Under the pieces are notes generated by a model. The model saw nothing but the letters and a program-made list of their open reading frames with translations, searched no databases and was not told the origin of the DNA. A program made the translations under genes and the position numbers. A DNA stretch of 61,019 nucleotides, counting the filler, from Stramenopiles sp. TOSAG23-3 (taxonomy: Eukaryota): assembly GCA_900128585.1 (NCBI GenBank). It is 16 parts of 16 records of this genome, joined end to end, with 100 filler letters (N's around TTAATTAATTAA, not from the genome) between each part and the next. Parts side by side here need not be neighbours in the genome. Positions count along the whole stretch, not along the records: positions 42,061 to 45,776 come from LT644107.1; positions 45,877 to 49,591 come from LT644108.1; positions 49,692 to 53,403 come from LT644109.1; positions 53,504 to 57,214 come from LT644110.1; 12 more parts are not named here. One strand, written 5' to 3'. Below are positions 42,061-53,961 of this stretch, one piece after another; position 1 is the stretch's first letter; each line of letters starts with the position of its first letter.

Positions 42061-42583
42061 TCTTGGCAAATGGTTTAAAGATAAATTGGGCAAGAAATCG
42101 AAATTTCAGCCAGGAACACCGGAGCATCCATTCAAGAACAGAATCTCGAAACCTTGGGGAGATATAAAGTGTGTGGATCCTGAGTGTGCCCCAGACAACG
42201 GCGCCGAAGCGAAGGAAAGCAAAGTAAGTGTGCAAGCGAATGAGGTGCCATACACAAGGTCAAAGTCATCATATTCCGGAGTATTTCTCGAAACGTCGTC
42301 TTCTTCTATTACAGCAACAAAACCATGCGACAATCAGACTCCGACAGAAGTGTTTGATGGTATTGACACGAGTTGCAAATCATCTTACGATATCAGTGTA
42401 GATCAAACCCCAAACCTTCTCAAATGCCTTTTGTTTGTGGCTGGTGGAGAAGAAGTTGTGTTTACACGGGGCGAAGACTATTTAAAGATATACCCCGCGG
42501 GCGACACCGTAAAGTATGAAATAAAATGCGAAGGTGGCAGGAGAAGACTGCTTCAGCTCGGTGGCAAGGGTGGATCCAGTTAA
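42061..42583 (+). CDS. C-terminal fragment of a probably extracellular protein
   Basis: Open from the contig edge, several Cys residues, RRRLL motif near the end. Confidence 0.5.
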
Positions 42584-43459
42584 ACCTTACAGGAATAAGA
42601 CACAAAGAGAGGTTAGTTATACCTCCTAGATAATAGTCATATAACTTCGAATTTTGTTTTTAAATTTATAATTACTCTTATGCTTGGAAAATAACACAAG
42701 GTCTGATTCATTTACGAGTGAGACATCGGATGAGGAAGTTTACTACGGGTCTTTTGGCATCGACGCAATTCCACACACCAATTCGGATCATGCATGGAGT
42801 ACACATGAGAATGAGAATCAAGACTAAGTGGCAAGGGTATTATTGATTTTAGTTAAATCCCTGACATCTCAACTCACAGATGACAATCCTATGACTAACT
42901 TACAAGGCAGACAACGAGCACCTCAAAAACAATTAAGCCGCAAAAAAGTAAGTAAATATATAAGTAGTCGTCTTTTTATAGTAATAGTATTAATACCTGT
43001 ACCTGGTACCCAGGTATTTATATTATACCTAGTTATACATTAACTAGTCCGTTCTACTATTATTCCAATTAATATATTTATAATAGTAATACTAGTCGTC
43101 TAGTTATTATGTCTCTATTAAAAAATTACAATGATGATGAATGATGAATGATGAGTACAAATACCAACGAACGGCCACTGCTCGATTAATGTTTTTATTT
43201 TTTTTTTATTTATTAATTTTTATTTATAGCTAATAGTAGGCCCGTGGTGTAATAAATACATTTGCACTACTTCTGAACATGCAACAATATCTACTCGAAC
43301 ACAATGGAATTATTTGCGTTGATAAACAGACTGTTCACCTGCCTTCTTCGTCAGTCCAAAAGTGAGGCTCATTGCCTTTATATGTATAATACAAGGATTG
43401 ATAAGTTTACCTAAGTTGAAAGTTACAAAAGATTATTCAGTAAGGCCCGCACTGCAACA

Positions 43460-45249
43460 ATGCCATTTAACGAACCACAGACAGTACGGAAGGATAAAAA
43501 CATAGTCTGGACAAAGACTGTTATCAAGAGTGCTGACATTGAGTTAGCGAGTGTTCCTAAACAAGAGCGTTCTTCAGCACCCCGCCGTCGCTCGCGGCGA
43601 AAAAAGGGCAAGAGAAAGAAAAAATCTTTGTTGGATACTCTCTGCATTTTGAACCCAGCAGCAAGAACTTTGGCAGCTGTGAGGCGGGAAATCGCAGAAT
43701 ATGTCGATTCTGAACGGTTCGTTATTAGCGACTGGTCTTTGAGATTTTCGGACGAAGCGGAAGAAGAAAAGTTTTTAGATCAGTGGAGAGGTATCGGTAC
43801 ATTGAGGATGTTTTCGTTGCTTATCGTCGCAGTGCTTGGTATAAAATATATTGCCTTGCGAGAAAGATTGAAAGGGCACGAGGCCGTTGCAGCTTTCATC
43901 ACCTTTGTACCATGCTACAACGAGTGCTGTCAGTGGATGATTTTCATTATGGGCTCGATTGTGGCTTGCTGTATTTGTCATCCACCGTCAAAGGGTTGTT
44001 GTGGTTTGCTGCCACCGGACTGTCGCTTCGATTTTCAGCCTCTTTATATTTTATCGTGGTGTGTGCAGCTGCAGAATTGATAGCCCTACATGTCCAACCC
44101 GGCAGGCACCTCACGTTTGCAAATGTTTTAAGTGCAATCTGGAGCCTTGGTATAACTACGGTTTTCAGCATATTGTCGTCTCATAAAATTGAATCAAAAG
44201 CCCGCCGAAACTTTGCCATAGCAAACGATTTCTGGAGAAACAAAGCCAACAAAAAAGGATACATGGAATCACACCATAGCTCTTCTCGCCTGGGTTCATT
44301 TGGTTGCAGGCTTAAAGATGCCACAATTGCTGCCGAGTACGGAAAATTTGAGGAAAAATCTCATTCCAAATATGTCTTATCTAAAATAGCTTCGACCATA
44401 TTTATTTGCATTATCGGCACAATCGTTTTCCTGGTGGCAATGATACCAGAATACAAGGGGAAGCCTGGAGAAACTAATTATCGTCAAATCTACACGATAT
44501 CAATGGTTCCTGTGTTCCTTGTCAGTTTGCCGTCACTAGTTTTGCTGGCTATTTTATCCATTGGCATTTACCGGGAAAATCCAAAACTCAAATGCTGCTA
44601 TCGGGCGCATCCCAAGATGCCGAAGATTCTTGTTTTCGGTTTACTTCCTCTAATTTTTGCATCCGGGTGGATGTTTGCGATGGAAAATTCAGAAAAAACA
44701 GGAATCGCGTTGTACAATATGTACACAAAGAACCAAAGCTGCACGTGTGACTGTCCCGAATGCTGGAGCCATGTAAAAGGCCTAAATATGAACATGAGGG
44801 ATTGGATGACTTTAAACGGAATTGCAAATGAACCTAAAACTAATGGTGTGCTTGTAAATGGTCGGTCTTTCGAGGATATTGTATGCATGCTGAAAGGTAA
44901 CCAACAAAATGTAACAGCATCCTGTGACCTTACACAAAGCCCGACTGTATTTCTTTGCGACAGCTACTACGCGACAACGTATATTATTTGGGTCTTGCAA
45001 ACGATAACATTATTGTCTACTTCAGATTTAGTTATTGGGAGTTCGGGTATAATTCTTTCAGGCGTAGTACGTGTGGTGGCATTTACGATGTATGACACGT
45101 ATTTTGTAAATGTTTTGGAGTTTATATGGCAAGACGCAATGTTCCATTTTGCGGCAATACTGGCATTACGCGAAGTTGAAATAAACTCACAAGAGTATTT
45201 CTTTGCTTTAAAGCATCGCAGGAAACGCTTTGTCGAGTTGATGGAATAA
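43460..45249 (+). pseudogene. Multi-pass membrane protein interrupted by one frameshift near 43910 (pseudogene or sequence error)
   Basis: Overlapping ORFs 43460-44080 and 43783-45249 join as ...FITFVP/MLQRVL if one base is added; two LRFxD/RLKD-started TM blocks. Confidence 0.55.
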
Positions 45250-45364
45250 ATATGTAAATAAATTCGCGGTACACACGAAAAGAAAATATTTTACATTCGC
45301 GGTAGAAATATATAAGCATAATTATACACTACCTTATGTAATATACTCTTTTTTAAAAGAATTA

Positions 45365-45776
45365 AAAACAAGAAAATTGGCTGTTATTTAAGTAATTAAT
45401 GTACTGCGAACTGAAATCTAGATTTAGACATTGATCATTCTAGGTTTGCATTCCATCATAAACTGCGAACTTAACTCTATCATTCTCAGATGTACTCCAT
45501 TGATGATCTGAATCAGTAGATGGATTAACACTGCTTTCAAATGAGCCGTAATCAACGTCCTCATCCGATATCTCACTCATAGGTGACTCAATCCTTGTAC
45601 AATCTTCCAAGCAGCGGCTTAATAGTTTTAGAGGCCACCACTTTCTTCCATACGAGGTAGGATGTACGTTACGATTTCTTCACCTCTTTGTATTTTCTGC
45701 TTCTTTGCGTTGTGTGTACTTCGCGTCCTTTTTCTTGGGGCTCATTGATTTCGGGGAGGATGGGTACGTCGGTGAC
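45365..45776 (-). repeat. Longest copy of a dispersed repeat family ending in ...AATAACAGCCAATTTTCTTGTTTT
   Basis: Same terminus at 22846, 30256, 41697, 53643 (partial) and 53693; body homology with 42681-42941 and 53504-53641. Confidence 0.85.
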
Positions 45777-46649
45777 NNNNNNNNNNNNNNNNNNNNNNNN
45801 NNNNNNNNNNNNNNNNNNNNTTAATTAATTAANNNNNNNNNNNNNNNNNNNNNNNNNNNNNNNNNNNNNNNNNNNNCTTTTTCTTCTTCTTCCTCTTCTT
45901 CTTTCTTTTTCTTCCTCTTCTTTCTTCTTTCTTCTTCTTTGTTCTTCTTCTTCTTTGTTCTTCTTCTTCTTTCTTTTTTTTCTTTTTTTCTTGCCCTTCT
46001 TCGTTGATAACCACCGCAGAATGTCATGGTGCTTCGTGTCATCATCTTATACATAGAGATAATATAGAATAATCATTGAATAGCATTGTAATAAGGAGAT
46101 TTGTGGTGTCTTCATTATAGTATATGTTATTTCTATGTTATTTCTATATTTATTCTGTCTTCTTCTATAACGATCTCTTCTTCTCTTTTCACTTTCTTCT
46201 ATCTTTTTTTCTTCGCAACATTCATTATTTAATTATTCTTTTAACAGCTACACAGTATTAATACAGAGTACATAACACCCCCCATCGTCGACGACAGAAG
46301 AAGAAATAATAATAATAATTTTATTTTTTAAAATTTATTATTTATCCTCTTCTCCTCTGTTGTTGTTGTTCCAAGTAGTATAGTAGTTGGTGGTAGTAAT
46401 AAATGATCCGGTCTGTCCTTCCTTCAATTTGCGCGGCTACAAAAAAAGCATTTCTTTCTCACATTCTTTCTTTCTAATCCTACATTGAAATGAAAAGAAC
46501 GTTTGCACAGGGATAACGACACACATCATTACAGTAACACAATTCTTCACCGGCGCGTTAAATATATTTGCATTTGATTACTTCTTTATTTGTATTTGTT
46601 TGACCATACTCTTCCAGTGGTTTGCACAGACCCCCTGCTTCGGGTCAAA

Positions 46650-49591
46650 ATGTCAGCAGAGTTAAAGCTAAGTACACGGGGGTTGTCCAAGTCGTGGAAA
46701 GTTCAAAAGTCTCACACGTGCTGCTATACTGGGGGAAAAGCGGTCCTTACGAAAGACGAAAACAGTATCGTTTGCCTTCGGAACGGAGATGTTGCGGTCG
46801 TTGACATTTTGACAGGCCAGGTGTCATCGTCGTTGCAGGACGGCGTGGACGACGTGGTCAAAGAGAACTTTACGACCTTTGCGGTGCACCCAAGCGGGCA
46901 CGAAATTGTCACTGCAAGCAACAACTGCTTGCTCCGCCACTGGGTCCACGACAACAGTTCACCGAAAGAGGACGGGGACAACGTCAAGTGGGAGTGCAAG
47001 AGAAGCTTTAAATCAAACCACACGTTGCCAATCATGTGCATGGACTACGACGCGAGCGGCACGTTGGTTGCGACCGGCAGCAACGACCAAAGCACTCGCG
47101 TTTGGGACGTTCCTCACGGCTACTGCACTCACAGCTTCAAGAACCAAGGGGGCAACATCAGCGTGGTGCGTTTTCACCCAGATGGAAACCGGCTGCAGCT
47201 GTTTACGGGTACGGATGGCAACAGGTCCCAAAAGTGCATCGTGCGCGCGTTCGATTTGAACACTCAGAAAACTGTGGCCGAGTTTGAGGATCACATGAGC
47301 GAAGTCACCGCCATTGTGTTTTCTACGGACGGGTGGACCATGTGCACAGGAAGTCGAGACAAAGTACTGAACTTTTACGACACAAGACGGTGGAAGCTGC
47401 TGAAAACAGCGCCAATCTACGAGAGCGTGTCGGGCCTCGCAAACGTTCCACTAGATGGGCTCGGCCCAGATGCAAGGGATAAAAAGTACACCATGTGCGT
47501 CGCGTCGGGGGGGACGAAAGGGGACGTGCGCATATGGGGGTTCCGGGAAGCAGGGAAGGCAACCAAGAGGGGGGGTGCGGCGGCGGCTGCAACTTGCACC
47601 TTGGTAGGAACTTCGGAGCCGCAGCAAGGGCATGGGAACACCTCCAATGGCGCGAAAAGCAGCGATGATAGCGACAAGGGTAAAGCATACGGGATCACTG
47701 CCCTGTTGTGTCGCAGGTCGAAAAGCCAAATCGTTAGCATTACGGAGGAGCACTTTTTTCACTTTTGGCGATCCGGCGACGTACCCTTGAAGCCGATGCA
47801 GAAATGCAAACAAATTGTAGGGTACAACGATGAAATTATAGATTTAAAATTTATCCCAACGTCATCGGGGGTTCCTGGGGAGGCACCGGAGACCAAACGA
47901 TCGGACCGCATCGTCATGGCCGCGAACAGCGACCAGCTGCGGTCGTTTCATTTGCAGACGTTCGACTGCGAGCTTATGTACGGTCACAAGGACATTGTCC
48001 TGGCGTGCGACGTGAGCCCGGATGGGTTATGGTTGGCATCGGTGTCCAAAGACCAGACGGTGCGGGTGTGGGATCTAGTTAGTTACAAATCCTCGGTGTG
48101 TGTTGCACTTGGAGTAGGCCACACAGAAGCCATCGGGGCAGTCTGTTTCGGGAAACGCCCGTCCACTTACAACCATCGAAGCTCGCACACGTCCGCGTGG
48201 TTGTTCACGGGAAGCAAGGACAAGACGCTGAAATCTTGGGATTTGGGAGCCATCATTCGAAGCAGAAAGAATGTCGATGGGTCCCTTACCGTCTCAGGGG
48301 GCACTTCCCCCATCGTCATTGACACCTTGGAAGTGCGCGACAACAAGCGGGCGCACACAAAGGATATCAATGCCCTCGCTATTTCGCCGAACGATACTCT
48401 CTTGGCAAGCGCTTCCCAAGACAAGACAATAGTAATTTGGAACCCGCACACGCTGGAAGACAAAGGGACGCTTCGGGGGCACAAACGCGGTGTGTGGTCG
48501 GTGGAGTTTTCCCCCGTCGATAAGACGTGCGTGTCTGCAGGGGGCGATCGGTTAGTAAAGCTTTGGAGTTTGTCGGACTACACTTGCATCAAGACGTTTG
48601 AGGGGCACATGGCGTCGGTGCTCCGTTGTTACTTTTTGAGCAATGGCATGCAGGTCATGTCGAGCGGCGCCGACGGGCTCGTCAAGCTTTGGACAATCAA
48701 AAACAACGAATGCACTAATTCGTTTGACGCGCACGAAGACAAGGTATGGGCGCTTGGGGTCCGTTCCTGGGTAGACAGCGGCGATATTTCAAGTAGTAGA
48801 GACGCCCAGCCTATGGAAATGCATTCCCAAATGGTCAGTGGGGGTGGGGACTCCGTGATGAATGTCTGGGAGGATTGCACTATACATGAAGCAGAGGAGG
48901 AGATAAAAAAGCGGGAAGAGCGCATCATCAAGCAGCAGGAGTTAGCCAATCACGTTGCCCGGAAGGAATATCGTCGGGCAATTATCTTGTGCCTTGAGTT
49001 GGACTTCCCGTTTAAACTGCGAGGAATCTTAGAGGAATTGCTGTTGGGCGAAGCTCCGAATGCAAAAATCACTTTGAGAGGGAAATCCATCCTGAAAAAC
49101 AAGGACACCGTAGACACAGAGAAGGGGCACCAAATAGTCGAATCGATCGTGGCAGCGTTGAGCGACACGCACATTCTGCAGTGGCTGAAATACGTTCGGC
49201 AGTGGAACACAAGTGGGCGACACAGTGTTTTGGCGCAGCGATGCCTGGCCATGGTTCTTAAAAACTTTTTCCCAGACCATTTAATGAGCCTTTCCCCAGA
49301 CGTTAAGAAAATTTTTGAAGGGATCGTAGCGTATAGCGATCGGCACTTCAAGCGGATCAACCGGTTGGTCAAACGTTCGTACTTGTTGGACCACACATTG
49401 GCATCGATGGACATGCTCATGGCCCCCGCGGAAGAGATAACAGAGATAGACCCTATTTCTTCAGACTCCGACTCGTCATCATCCTCCGAAAGCGATTCCG
49501 GGGACGATGAAGTGGGATATGGCGACGTTACTGCGAACACAGGCAGCAGCAGTAGCGATTCCTCCAGCAGCAACGACGAGGAAGAAGAAGA
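46650..49591 (+). CDS. TBL3: UTP13/TBL3, WD40 SSU processome component; 3'-truncated in an acidic tail
   Basis: YTGG start, many WD repeats, GYNDEIID, LRGHKRGVWSVEFS, C-terminal WNT..AQ..YSDRHFKRI Utp13 domain. Confidence 0.93.
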
Positions 49592-50482
49592 NNNNNNNNN
49601 NNNNNNNNNNNNNNNNNNNNNNNNNNNNNNNNNNNTTAATTAATTAANNNNNNNNNNNNNNNNNNNNNNNNNNNNNNNNNNNNNNNNNNNNCCTTTACTA
49701 TGTTCAAACAGATGCAAATACCCATGCATTTCCTGCTCGTTTATTTTTCCCAAAGATTCTTCTATCGATCTTCTTCGAGATATAATTATTAGAGAAGAAG
49801 AATTTAATAAATAAATAATAATAAAAAAAAAAAAATAATAATAATATATAATAATATTGCACTCTTCTCTTCTATCTCCGTCCTTCCTTTTTTACCTATA
49901 AACATTAATATACTAATTTATTATATTAAGTACAGGGATCTCTTATATCGGGAGGATTAGATAGAACGACTCCTCGTAGTGTATTTAGTACACTACTAAT
50001 AATAATAATTGAATAATGAATAAGCGGTAGTCATACCGGTAAATATTAATATAGTGATAGGATAGGATACGAGGTATTTATATAATAAAATAAAAAAAAA
50101 GGAAAAGAGATCCTCGTACTAATAATAATGTCCAATATAAACACGACGACGACGAACGAACGACGACTGACTCAATTATTATTAGCGGTACGACGAGGAA
50201 TAAAAAAAAGAAGAGTCAATCTATCTCTTGGTATCCTGATACGCACAACAAGACCCCCCACACCCAGTACGGTACCGGTAGTTGTAATGGTAATAATAAA
50301 CAATAACTACTGTAGTAATTCTTACTTTTGGTGGAAGGGTTTATTTTGCAACAATCTTCTGTTTGCTTAGTCAATACGTTGAACATAAGAATAATTCATG
50401 ACCATAATCATAAATTAAATTATTCATTTGTTGAAAAGGTTACAGAAGTACAATAGACACAAGCAAAACGAAGAGAAGTTGC

Positions 50483-51247
50483 ATGGCAAAAGCATTGCCA
50501 AAAGTAGCACTGTTTGGCGCAAATGGACAACTAGGCAATATTGTACTGCAAAATTTATCCAAGTTAAACGTACCAAAAATCAACTGCTTAATACGTCAAA
50601 GTGCAACAAGACTAAAAGATAGCGAGCTAGTGAACAATGTGATTGTTGGTGACTGTTCGAATGTTAATGATTGTAGAAAAGTTTGTAAAGATGTTGATAT
50701 TGCTATCTCTACCATAACACCACCGCCAACAAGTAAGAATTTTGTCAATGAATTAGTGTTTGGCACTAAAAATATCATTGAAGCTGCGAAAAGCTCAGGT
50801 GTGGAACGAGTTATTATTGTCGGTGGGGCAGGAGGAATGGAAAGGAGCAGCGGTAAATACGTTATGGATACACTGCCGGGGACGTTTTTACGTCTCGTTC
50901 CCATTTATCATTATTTTTCACAAGCCCACAAGCAAAATCTAGAATTATTAAAAGAATCGGGATTAAACTATACCTTTTTTGCTCCAGGCTTTATGTGGCA
51001 TGCAGGCAAAAAATCAGATGATAAGAATGTTGAAATTTGGGTCGATCAAAACGATAAAATGTGGCAAGGATTAGTTTGTACATATGAAGACATCGGATAC
51101 GCAATTGCCAAGGAAGCGATCGAAAACAATTTTATCAATAAAAGGGTTGGCATAGAATCATCCGATCAATATTGGCTTTCACTATTTAAAGGTTCATTAC
51201 TCGTTGCAAATTGGCAATTAAAGCGTTGGTCTAATTTTCATCATTAA
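50483..51247 (+). CDS. NAD(P)-binding atypical SDR (flavin reductase / BVR-B-like)
   Basis: VALFGANGQLG Rossmann motif, GTKNIIEAAKSSGVERVIIVGGAG, SGLNYTFFAPG. Confidence 0.85.
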   Translation: MAKALPKVALFGANGQLGNIVLQNLSKLNVPKINCLIRQSATRLKDSELVNNVIVGDCSNVNDCRKVCKDVDIAISTITPPPTSKNFVNELVFGTKNIIEAAKSSGVERVIIVGGAGGMERSSGKYVMDTLPGTFLRLVPIYHYFSQAHKQNLELLKESGLNYTFFAPGFMWHAGKKSDDKNVEIWVDQNDKMWQGLVCTYEDIGYAIAKEAIENNFINKRVGIESSDQYWLSLFKGSLLVANWQLKRWSNFHH

Positions 51248-51369
51248 AAGCGTAATATAGGGTCTAAAATTGCCACATGTATCTTACCCCTACTTGAGTT
51301 ATAGAAGAGTTGGCGCCACCACGAAGAAAAGAAGAACTTAGTTCTTCTTCTTGGTTCTTCTAGCTTTGA

Positions 51370-52479
51370 TCACTCTTGCAGGCGCATGGAAACCTCCACG
51401 AGTTCTACGCCCTTGCAAATATCCGCCGCGACCGCCATGGCCTTGAATTCATCTCGCGACAACTCGCCATTTTTGTCGTCGTCGTACTTGCGAAGCCATG
51501 ACTCCACGATTTCCTCTGCGGTCGCGGGTCTGCCGAACAACCATGTTCCGACAGTCGCGTCATCTGCCGGCACCCCTCCAGTCTTGATGAGACGCTTCGC
51601 GAGCAACAGGAGCTCGGTGCGGTCAAGGGCGCCGGAGTGGTCGAGATCGAGAACTTCAAACATCATCTCGACTCGCGCCGGGATGAAGATACCAGCCAGG
51701 ATAAAGAGCAAGTAGGCTCGGTGAAACCCTTCGAACGTCGCGTTTCCGTCGCCGTCCGGAACCGACGAGACCCGGAGGAGTTCCTGCAGTCCCCTGGAAG
51801 AGAGCCAGGAAGATACCACTGCCTCGTTACCCCCCTCCTCTTCCTTTTTTATAAAAGCTACGATCTTGGCCATGTCTTCGGGCGTCATGTTGTCGTTGGG
51901 CCCTTTGCTCGTATCACCAGTGACTGCAAGGAATGAGGACCACATCAGCTTTGTTACGTCAAGAAAGTTGCGGTTTTCCTTGCTCGACAGTATCTCCACG
52001 TTCCTCGAAGTGTCGACGTACTGTTTCAACTCGGCAGCGATGTCCGCCAACTTCACGTCCGAGATTTTTACTTGATTCGCGATATTCCTAATATGTTCTT
52101 CCGCGGTATTCTTATTGGTATTACCAAAAAGAGGTATTATATTATACTTGGGATGACACAGGATCACAACTACGCCGAGGAAGAAAGACCCGGTGAAAGC
52201 TGTTGCGACGTTGTTCGGTGCGATGAACCGGCTCGTCGGATATAGGAGAGCACAACCGATCACATTGAGCACGGGATACTCCTCAAACCATTTGCCAAAC
52301 GTATCGGGCCCCCCCATAAAATGCCAATTATAAACAACAGAGGCGCCACAGACGATTCCGGAAGCAATCCGGGCAATGCCGTCTTTCTTTTCTATTGGCT
52401 TCACGACCGACGGGGCTGTGGTGAGACGTCGCCGCAGAGCAGAGCGATTCCCCCAGCGAAAAACAGCGCGGGCGAGCAT
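51370..52479 (-). CDS. EF-hand protein with mitochondrial-type presequence and TM segments
   Basis: MLARAVFRWGNRSALRRRL; EF-hand loops DLDHSGALDRTE and DDDKNGELSRDE. Confidence 0.75.
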   Translation of the reverse strand: MLARAVFRWGNRSALRRRLTTAPSVVKPIEKKDGIARIASGIVCGASVVYNWHFMGGPDTFGKWFEEYPVLNVIGCALLYPTSRFIAPNNVATAFTGSFFLGVVVILCHPKYNIIPLFGNTNKNTAEEHIRNIANQVKISDVKLADIAAELKQYVDTSRNVEILSSKENRNFLDVTKLMWSSFLAVTGDTSKGPNDNMTPEDMAKIVAFIKKEEEGGNEAVVSSWLSSRGLQELLRVSSVPDGDGNATFEGFHRAYLLFILAGIFIPARVEMMFEVLDLDHSGALDRTELLLLAKRLIKTGGVPADDATVGTWLFGRPATAEEIVESWLRKYDDDKNGELSRDEFKAMAVAADICKGVELVEVSMRLQE

Positions 52480-52780
52480 CCTATGATAGATCAAGGCTGG
52501 GCTGAGAACTGAGCGTAGCGATGAATGCGTGGCAATTCAGGTCATAGGTACATGTCCTCCCCAAAAATGCCACTCCATGGCGTAGTCGTCTAATAATTTT
52601 TAAGTTAGCCCGGATAGAATAATCACACTTGCTTCGTCTAAAATTACTCTCAATTTAATACAGAAGGGTTATTGTTGTTCTTTCTTTTTTCTTCATCACC
52701 TCCACAACACATTATTATTATTATTCACTAGCAAGACCAAGAAATAATTAATAATGCTCTAATGCTGCTACGGATTATAT

Positions 52781-53056
52781 ATTTCTTCTTTCTTCTTCTT
52801 TCTTTTTTCGATTATTCTTCTTCTTCTTCTACAGAATATCTTTCTTCTTCTTCTTCTTCTTTTTTATCTCTTTCTTCTTCTTCTTCTTCTTTTTTATCTC
52901 TTTCTTCTTCTTCTTCTTCTTCTATCTTTCTTCTTCTTCTTCTTTTTTTTATCTCTTTCTTCTTCTTCTTTCTCTTCTTCTTCTTCTTCTTCTTCTTCTT
53001 CTTCTTCTTCTTTTTTTTATCTCTTTCTTCTTCTTCTTCTTTCTTCTTTCTTCTTC
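52781..53056. repeat. (TTC)n-type low-complexity tract
   Basis: Long TTC runs; similar tracts near 6100, 29130, 34000, 40120 and 45880. Confidence 0.9.
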
Positions 53057-53961
53057 TGGATATTTTTATTTATTAGACTATTAAATATTATACTTATAAC
53101 TTATATTTAGGTAATATTATTATTGTACTTTTTTTCCACAAGCGGTAGAAGCAAGAATGTAGAATATTGAATTTGTAATAGTTACCTATATAAATTAATA
53201 GAGTGAAAAAAAAAACACTTCTCTGCTATTTCTATGTATTAGTTAAAAATACCCTGATGGTGTGTTCCTGTACTGATGATATTTCCTATTTTTGAGGTGT
53301 GATATAAAAACTAACTTTTCACCGATTATTATTAAAAGTACCTCCGGCACGATGACCCTGCTGGTTTTAAGGGAATTATTTGTCTATCAAAATATGCATG
53401 TTCNNNNNNNNNNNNNNNNNNNNNNNNNNNNNNNNNNNNNNNNNNNNTTAATTAATTAANNNNNNNNNNNNNNNNNNNNNNNNNNNNNNNNNNNNNNNNN
53501 NNNTCAACTTCCTCATCCGATATCTCACTCAGAGATAAATCAATCCTTGTACCATCTTCCAAGCAGCGGCTTAATTGTTGTTTAGGTGCTCGTTGTCTGT
53601 CTTGTAAATTGGTCAAGGGGTTGTTATCTGTGGGTTGAGATATTGGCTGTTATTTATAAGTAATTAAATTTAGCTTCCTCATATTATATTTTAACAAGAA
53701 AAATTGGCTGTTATTTAAAGTAATTAAAATTAAAGAAAAAAAGAAGGTGTCAGTTCAAGAACAATGTCTCCTCCTATTGCAGATCCTCTCCAAGTTCTGG
53801 TCAAGATTCCAATTGATTGGTCTTAAAAGTACACCCTCATATTATATTAGATTGTTGGATATTTTGTTGTAGTCTAAAGACGTTACATAGTCTTACTGAA
53901 ATCTAAAGTGATAGGGGAAGAACAATCGAGCGAGTTAAAAAATAATCTCTACAAGGGTTGT

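Noticed and set aside
52762-53076. Poly-Phe/Ser and poly-Lys/Glu ORFs (also 33900, 39933, 45821)
   Set aside because: Translations of TTC/GAA microsatellites.
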